This document shows positions 29,951-35,375 of a stretch of DNA of 35,375 bases, in pieces. This DNA is from Nitrosomonadaceae bacterium. Lineage in GTDB: Bacteria > Pseudomonadota > Gammaproteobacteria > Burkholderiales > Nitrosomonadaceae. Both the position numbers and the translations under genes were made by a program. The stretch spans positions 1-35,375 of the forward strand of contig JAHELA010000001.1 of assembly GCA_024644425.1 (NCBI GenBank), read 5' to 3'. Numbering within the stretch: the stretch's first letter is position 1; the number at the start of each line of letters is the position of its first letter. The notes under the pieces are model-generated. The model was not told the DNA's origin. It did no database searches and saw nothing but the letters and a program-made list of their open reading frames with translations.

Positions 29951-31171
29951 ATGCGTAATTCTATTATATCCATGATTTTACTCATGGGTTTTCTATTTGG
30001 GCCATCGGCTAATGCTGCCAATATTGAGCTTCATAGTAATATTCCTGATCGTTATGTTGTTGTTCCTGGCGATACGCTTTGGGGTATTGCTTCACGATTT
30101 TTGAAGGATCCCTGGCGCTGGCCGGAAGTCTGGGGATTAAATGAGGAAGAAATAAAAAATCCTCACAAGATTTATCCAGGGGATCTTATCGTACTTGAGA
30201 ATACTGCTGAAGGGAAAAGACTGCGGCTAATTAAAGGGGAGAACGTTACCCCTCTTCTGGGAGTGGATGAGATCATGGAAGAAAGATTGTCCCCTCTTGT
30301 GGGAGTAGAGAAAACCGAATCCGAGGCTATTCCAAGTATTCCAGTTGCAGCAATCGAGCCTTTCTTAAGTCAACCCCTGGTGATCGATAGAAACGGTCTC
30401 GAGAATGCCCCATTAGTACTTGGTACTAGTGATAACCGTATGGTATTGAGTCAAGGTGATCTTGTTTATGCTGAAAACATGCCAAAAGACAAAGGCCCAT
30501 CGTGGCAAATTTTTCGCCCAGGGAAGCCTCTAAGAGACCCTGATCAAGATACAGATACAATATGGTCCGATCAGTATGCATGGGTGGCGGATTTTTTGCT
30601 TCTTACTGATCAAGATAACTTTTCGCACCTTTATGACGCGTGGTCACGTTCTGGCGAAATTCTAGGTTATGAGGCTGTTTATTTAGGAGATGCAAAAGTA
30701 GAGAAGTTTGATGACATTAGTACCATTTCTATTGTTAATTCTAAACAGGAAATATTCAAAGGTGATCGATTAGTTTTAGCTCCCCCACCAGCGTTTACTA
30801 ACTATGTTCCACATGCTCCGGACAAGGATATTAAGGGACGCATCATTTCAGTCTATGGCGGTGTTACAGAAATTGGCAAAAATACTATTGTTGTTCTGAG
30901 TAAAGGCGCGAATGATGGACTGGAAATAGGTAACGTCTTAGCCATCTATAAAACAAATTATTCCCAAACAAGTGATGATTCACATGATGTAACTCGCAGG
31001 TATGAATATGAAACCATAGTTAACGGCCCAGCCATACAGGAAACCATAGTGTTGCCTGAAGAGCGTGCTGGCCTAGTATTTATTTTCCGGGTATTTGAAA
31101 AGTTATCTTATGCACTGGTGATGCAAACTACACAACCAATTCGAATTCTTGATACAGTGCAAACCCCGTAG
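29951..31171 (+). CDS. Exported LysM peptidoglycan-binding protein, TsaP-like (type IV pilus secretin-associated family)
   Basis: Signal peptide MRNSIISMILLMGFLFGPSANA. LysM domain YVVVPGDTLWGIASRFLKDPWRWPEVWGLN...IYPGDLIVL. It is divergent from def, which is the conserved position of PA0020/TsaP homologues. A Shine-Dalgarno GAGGA lies upstream. Confidence 0.8.
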   Translation: MRNSIISMILLMGFLFGPSANAANIELHSNIPDRYVVVPGDTLWGIASRFLKDPWRWPEVWGLNEEEIKNPHKIYPGDLIVLENTAEGKRLRLIKGENVTPLLGVDEIMEERLSPLVGVEKTESEAIPSIPVAAIEPFLSQPLVIDRNGLENAPLVLGTSDNRMVLSQGDLVYAENMPKDKGPSWQIFRPGKPLRDPDQDTDTIWSDQYAWVADFLLLTDQDNFSHLYDAWSRSGEILGYEAVYLGDAKVEKFDDISTISIVNSKQEIFKGDRLVLAPPPAFTNYVPHAPDKDIKGRIISVYGGVTEIGKNTIVVLSKGANDGLEIGNVLAIYKTNYSQTSDDSHDVTRRYEYETIVNGPAIQETIVLPEERAGLVFIFRVFEKLSYALVMQTTQPIRILDTVQTP

Positions 31172-31807
31172 TATTTCTTATGCCATCGGCAAATTTCAGG
31201 ATATCAGCATTCCTTGCCCTCCTATTTGCGCTCTGGTTTTAATTCATTCGTCAATGTATAAGACTCATATATACTATAAAATAATAGCAAGTTGCTAAAC
31301 AGTACTTGGTTTGTACAGCCTGAATTGCCGTTTTCAGTTGACACCAGAGAAAGTTAACAATATAAATAATCATTTTTTAATGACTCATTGTGATGCAGAT
31401 ATCATGAGTGAGGAGTGGTAGCCGAGAGGCTTACTGTATTTATGTAATAACTTGACGGAAGAAACGGTATCCGCCATGCTGTTGTTAATGTATAAATTTT
31501 ATGGTTTAGCTGCAGATTGATAGTTTCATCCAGATCAATGCGGTTATGATAGGCTTTGATAAAGTAAGGATGGTTTAGCATCTCAAATTATCTTGAATGA
31601 TTTACAAATTATATTAGAACTAAAAATTAATCTTGACTTTCAGTTAAAACACTATATTGAATCACTGTAGAAAGATTAATTTACAAGTGGTCATACCTAA
31701 ATTTTGTTATTCAAATAGTTTTTTATCACATATCTTTTATTGCGGTAACTAGTCACCGCTCTTTTAAAAGCTGTTGTTGATAATTTGCAGATATTTACAG
31801 GAGTTTC

Positions 31808-34378
31808 ATGGGTAAAACCTTAATCATAGCTGAAAAGCCATCCGTTGCTACTGATATTGCGCGGTCATTAGGTGGTTTCACCAAACATACTGACTACTTT
31901 GAGAGCGAGGAATATGTGTTGTCTTCGGCTATAGGCCATTTACTTGAACTAGTGGTACCAGAAAAATTTGAAGTCAAGCGAGGTAAATGGAGTTTTACAA
32001 ATTTACCCGTAATACCGCCTCACTTTGATCTCAATCCAATTGAAAAAACTAAGCCACGATTGAAGCTTCTAACAAAGCTCATTAAGCGTAAGGATGTAGA
32101 AGGGCTTATTAATGCATGTGATGCAGGACGGGAAGGCGAACTAATTTTTCATTACATTACACGTTATGTTGGCACAAAGAAACCAATCAAACGTTTATGG
32201 CTGCAATCAATGACGCCAACTTCAATCAGGGATGGTTTTACAAAATTGCTTGATGATACTGCCGTACAATCTCTAGCGAAGGCTGCTATTAGTAGATCTG
32301 AAGCAGACTGGCTAGTTGGTATCAATGGCACTCGTGCGATGACAGCGTTCAATTCCCAGGAAGGGGGGTTTCATAAAACTACTGTAGGACGGGTACAGAC
32401 GCCCACTTTAGCAATTCTGATTGAACGTGAAGAAACAATCAAAAAGTTTGTCCCACGTAGCTACTGGGAGATACATGGTAACTTTGCTGCGAAAGTTGGT
32501 AGCTATAGTGGGCGTTGGTTTGATGAAACGTTCAAAAAAGATAAGCAAGACAGTGAACAAAAAGCTGAACGTGTGTGGGATCAAGAGAAAGCCGAGTCAA
32601 TCTGTAAAAAATGTCAAGGTAAATCAGGCGTGGTCAGCGAAGAGAGTAAACCTACTACGGAAATCTGTCCACAGTTATATGATCTTACTAGTTTGCAACG
32701 TGATGCTAATGGACGCTTTGGTTTTTCTGCCAAAGTAACGCTTGGACTTGCTCAGGCTTTATATGAAAAACATAAGGTGTTGACATATCCACGTACTGAT
32801 TCACGTGCATTGCCAGAAGATTACATTTCAACTGTGAGAGATACCCTAGATTCACTTAAATCCTCCAAATATGGCATATTTGCGAAGAAAATTTTAAAAG
32901 AGGAAAGAGTCAAATCAAATAAACGTATTTTTAACAATTCTAAAATATCAGACCATTTTGCTATTATTCCAACCTTACTTGCGCCTAAGAATCTTAATGA
33001 TGTTGAACAGAAACTTTATGATCTAGTTACTAAACGTTTTCTAGCAATCTTTTATCCAGCTGCTGAATTTCTTGTAACTACCCGTGTCACTAGAGTTGAG
33101 AGTGAAGCATTTAAAACTGAAGGTAAAGTAATGGTTAATCCTGGATGGCAGGCAGTCTATGGGCGCGAGGTACAAAATAACGGAATGGTTAATGACTCAA
33201 CTTTAGTAGCTGTTAAGCAGGGTGAGAATGTTCTTGCAGATGAAGTAAAAGTCGCCATAAACCAGACTCGACCACCAGCAAGATTTAATGAAGCTACTTT
33301 GTTATCAGCTATGGAAAGTGCGGGTAAATTGATAGATGATGAGGAACTGCGTGAAGCTATGAGTGCAAAAGGGTTAGGCACGCCTGCTACACGCGCTTCG
33401 ATCATTGAGGGATTGGTCCTAGAGAATTACTTGCAGCGTGTGGGTCGAGAGTTACATCCTACTGCTAAGGCATTTTCCTTGATTATACTTTTACGCGGAT
33501 TGAAAGTATCCGAACTTACGTCTCCCGAATTGACCGGAAACTGGGAATTTAAGCTACGCCAGATTGAGCAGGGTAAACTTGAGCGTGAGTCTTTTATGGA
33601 AGAAATTGCTGACATGACTCGTCATATGGTGGAACAGGCGAAAGGTCATCGCGGCGAAACAATAAGCGGGGATTTCTCTACACTTAATTCACCGTGCCCT
33701 AAATGTGGAGGTGTCATACAGGAGACTTACAAGAAATTCCAATGTAAAAAATGTAACTTTGCGTTATGGAAAATTCTTGCAGGAAGACAATTTGAGGTGA
33801 ATGAAATGGAAGACCTGATTACAAAACGGGAGGTAGGTCCTCTACAGGGTTTTCGCAGCAAAATGGGGAGATTATTTAATGCAAACATAAAGCTTACACA
33901 CGAATATGAAATGAAATTTGATTTTGGTGAAACCAACGATGAGGATACAGAAGAGATAGACTTTTCTGGCCAAGAACCTTTAGGAAAATGTTTAAGGTGT
34001 GATGGTAAGGTATTTGAGCATGGCATGAGTTATGTTTGTGAAAAAGCTATTGGTGCTACACGCACATGTAATTTTAAAACTGGAAAGATAATTCTTAAGC
34101 GACCTATCGAAAGAGAACAGGTTTTTAAGTTATTACACTATGGAAAAACAGATTTACTGTCCAAGTTTATTTCCAGGAAGGGAAGACCATTTTCAGCCTA
34201 TCTAGTAGCTGGTGAGGATGGAAAAACAAGTTTTGAATTTGAGCCCAGAAAAGCAAAATTAGAATCAGTAACTAAAACGATTAAGCCCAAAGCAAAAAAA
34301 GCAAAATTAGAATCAGTAACTAAAACGATTAAGCCCAAAGCAAAAATATCAGTTAATAAGAAATCAATTGCTCGTTAA
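31808..34378 (+). CDS. topB: DNA topoisomerase III (type IA), long form with C-terminal zinc ribbons, repeat modules and a Lys-rich tail
   Basis: Toprim N-terminus LIIAEKPSVA, DAGREGE, GRVQTPTLA and active-site Tyr context LTYPRTDSRALP (TopB-type, not TopA ESPAKA / YMRTDS). The C-terminus has CPKCGG...CKKCNF and CLRCDG...C Zn-ribbon modules. A Shine-Dalgarno AGGAG lies upstream. Confidence 0.9.
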   Translation: MGKTLIIAEKPSVATDIARSLGGFTKHTDYFESEEYVLSSAIGHLLELVVPEKFEVKRGKWSFTNLPVIPPHFDLNPIEKTKPRLKLLTKLIKRKDVEGLINACDAGREGELIFHYITRYVGTKKPIKRLWLQSMTPTSIRDGFTKLLDDTAVQSLAKAAISRSEADWLVGINGTRAMTAFNSQEGGFHKTTVGRVQTPTLAILIEREETIKKFVPRSYWEIHGNFAAKVGSYSGRWFDETFKKDKQDSEQKAERVWDQEKAESICKKCQGKSGVVSEESKPTTEICPQLYDLTSLQRDANGRFGFSAKVTLGLAQALYEKHKVLTYPRTDSRALPEDYISTVRDTLDSLKSSKYGIFAKKILKEERVKSNKRIFNNSKISDHFAIIPTLLAPKNLNDVEQKLYDLVTKRFLAIFYPAAEFLVTTRVTRVESEAFKTEGKVMVNPGWQAVYGREVQNNGMVNDSTLVAVKQGENVLADEVKVAINQTRPPARFNEATLLSAMESAGKLIDDEELREAMSAKGLGTPATRASIIEGLVLENYLQRVGRELHPTAKAFSLIILLRGLKVSELTSPELTGNWEFKLRQIEQGKLERESFMEEIADMTRHMVEQAKGHRGETISGDFSTLNSPCPKCGGVIQETYKKFQCKKCNFALWKILAGRQFEVNEMEDLITKREVGPLQGFRSKMGRLFNANIKLTHEYEMKFDFGETNDEDTEEIDFSGQEPLGKCLRCDGKVFEHGMSYVCEKAIGATRTCNFKTGKIILKRPIEREQVFKLLHYGKTDLLSKFISRKGRPFSAYLVAGEDGKTSFEFEPRKAKLESVTKTIKPKAKKAKLESVTKTIKPKAKISVNKKSIAR
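34251..34346 (+). repeat. Perfect 48-bp tandem duplication inside the topB 3' end
   Basis: AAGCAAAATTAGAATCAGTAACTAAAACGATTAAGCCCAAAGCAAAAA occurs at 34251-34298 and again, identical, at 34299-34346. It is in frame and encodes KAKLESVTKTIKPKAK twice. Confidence 0.95.
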
Positions 34379-34462
34379 ATATGCCCGTAGTTTAATTCTG
34401 TGAGTACTAGAGAGCTTCGTCTGTCCTTAGCTTTGGCTCAATACAGTAACCAGTTAACAATG

Positions 34463-34487
34463 AAAAACCCTAAGCATTGCTTAGAGG
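34463..34487 (-). terminator. Rho-independent terminator of the small membrane-protein gene
   Basis: On the minus strand, CCTCTAAGC-AAT-GCTTAGGG is followed directly by TTTTTC. It lies 10 nt downstream of the stop at 34497. Confidence 0.6.
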
Positions 34488-34496
34488 TAATATTAA

Positions 34497-34754
34497 TTAA
34501 AGGGGCGCGCCAAAGATAGCAGGAAAAAGGTATCTCAAAATAGATCCTGCGATCCAAATTATTAGAATCAAACTTGAAAGAACGGCCACTCCTTCTCCAA
34601 GGGTTGATATAAGTGTTGAGCCTAAGCTTCCATACTCTTCCTGCCCTGATTTATTTAGTCTGCTAATCCTGCGTTTTCTAACCCAAACATGAATCCATAT
34701 AACAACAGGAATAAGAATCACAGAGATTAATAAATTAAATTCTGGGTCGTCCAT
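34497..34754 (-). CDS. Hypothetical small membrane protein (two predicted TM helices)
   Basis: 85 aa. Hydrophobic segments are LLISVILIPVVIWIHVWV and VAVLSSLILIIWIAGSIL, with a basic loop RKRRISRLNK. A Shine-Dalgarno AGAGGTG lies 9 nt upstream and the gene has its own terminator. I recognise no family. Confidence 0.5.
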   Translation of the reverse strand: MDDPEFNLLISVILIPVVIWIHVWVRKRRISRLNKSGQEEYGSLGSTLISTLGEGVAVLSSLILIIWIAGSILRYLFPAIFGAPL

Positions 34755-34994
34755 AATTAGCGCACCTCTTTTGTAAAGTATTATTGCTTAAATATAAATT
34801 TTTGTTTCTAATATTATATTTCATCTGTGGCCTGTAGAAAAATGAACTCACGTAGCTTGCTAATTGCGCATTCTATGTATTTAAACTTAAGTTATCATAA
34901 TTTTTATTCACTGAATTTTGTAAGAGCCTGGTGTCTTTCTTCAATTCCATACAAGCACATAAAAAAATATATTGGATTTTAGATTATAAATCTA

Positions 34995-35375
34995 TTATTT
35001 TTTCTGAAGTATGTCTCGTATATCAGAAAGCAATAGTTCTTCTTTTGAGGGCTCAGGTGGGGGTGGTACGACTTCCTCTTGTTTTCGTTTTTGGGAGTTA
35101 ATTGCTTTTACTACCATAAATATAACGAATGCTATAATTACAAAATCAAGGACTGTTTGAATAAACTTGCCATAAGAAATAGCTACAGCGGCAACATCAC
35201 CTGATGCCTCCTTCAATGTGAAAGCGAGTTTATTAAAGTCGACTCCCCCAATTAGTAGACCAATTGGCGGCATGATTACATCATTGACAAAAGAAGAAAC
35301 GATTTTGCCAAATGCAGCTCCAACAACAATACCAACTGCCATGTCAACTGCATTTCCTTTTATTGCAAACTCTTT
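34995..35375 (-). CDS. mscL: Large-conductance mechanosensitive channel MscL (5' end cut by the window edge)
   Basis: [34 protein letters not shown] is the MscL TM1 signature. The frame stays open upstream of the ORF-track ATG to the window end ([15 protein letters not shown]...), matching the canonical N-terminus ...EF..F..RGNVVDLAVG. The true start is therefore just outside the window. Confidence 0.92.
   Translation of the reverse strand, partial: KEFAIKGNAVDMAVGIVVGAAFGKIVSSFVNDVIMPPIGLLIGGVDFNKLAFTLKEASGDVAAVAISYGKFIQTVLDFVIIAFVIFMVVKAINSQKRKQEEVVPPPPEPSKEELLLSDIRDILQKK

Noticed and set aside
31180-31242. A 20-aa hydrophobic mini-ORF (MPSANFRISAFLALLFALWF) starting 9 nt after the LysM gene stop.
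   Set aside because: It has no ribosome-binding site, is very short, and in AT-rich spacer DNA such ORFs arise by chance. It cannot be supported from sequence alone.
32421-32738. A 105-aa, highly basic ORF in an alternative frame on the same strand inside topB.
   Set aside because: It is embedded in the conserved topoisomerase core, has no Shine-Dalgarno sequence, and its Lys/Arg-rich composition is what the off-frame reading of an AAA/GAA-rich gene produces. There is no evidence for an overlapping gene.
34251-34346. The tandem repeat considered as a CRISPR or minisatellite locus.
   Set aside because: There are only two directly abutting copies with no spacers, they lie inside a coding frame, and there are no cas genes. 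It is an in-frame coding duplication and is reported as such.

Overview
This window reads as ordinary core chromosome from a low-GC (by eye about 40%) betaproteobacterium. The Nitrosomonadales-like assignment is an inference from gene content and synteny and was not verified. I support 28 protein genes and one tRNA.

Gene order, left to right:
- tRNA-Phe(GAA), then a DciA/DUF721-like gene divergent from an M23 peptidase and secA.
- A vWA-OmpA lipoprotein and a Tat-exported transglutaminase-like protein, each flanked by long AT-rich spacers.
- rubB-like rubredoxin reductase, an orphan pilG-like receiver, trkH and trkA.
- An inositol monophosphatase-family gene, a thioredoxin-fold gene, rsmE and yggX.
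- A five-gene carbon-metabolism cluster on the minus strand: tkt-gap-pgk-pyk-fba.
- ntrX, ntrY, DUF4390, rsmB, fmt and def on the minus strand.
- A LysM (TsaP-like) gene, a 636-bp ORF-free gap, a long topoisomerase III gene, a small membrane protein, and mscL, which is cut by the window edge.

I found no transposase, integrase, phage gene, CRISPR array, toxin-antitoxin pair or recognisable defence system, and I cannot point to a convincing novel multi-gene system. The most unusual locus is 5.0-8.0 kb. It holds a periplasmic vWA-OmpA lipoprotein beside a Tat-exported transglutaminase-like protein whose nucleophile Cys is replaced by Ser, and it is surrounded by operator-like repeats.

Other observations worth a second look:
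- An NtrX with a gutted AAA+ core.
- A perfect 48-bp in-frame duplication in the TopB tail.
- The ORF-free gap where dprA, smg and topA usually sit.
- Perfect hairpins between genes of the carbon cluster.

Several ORF-track starts are TTG artefacts. I corrected these to ATG codons that have Shine-Dalgarno support.
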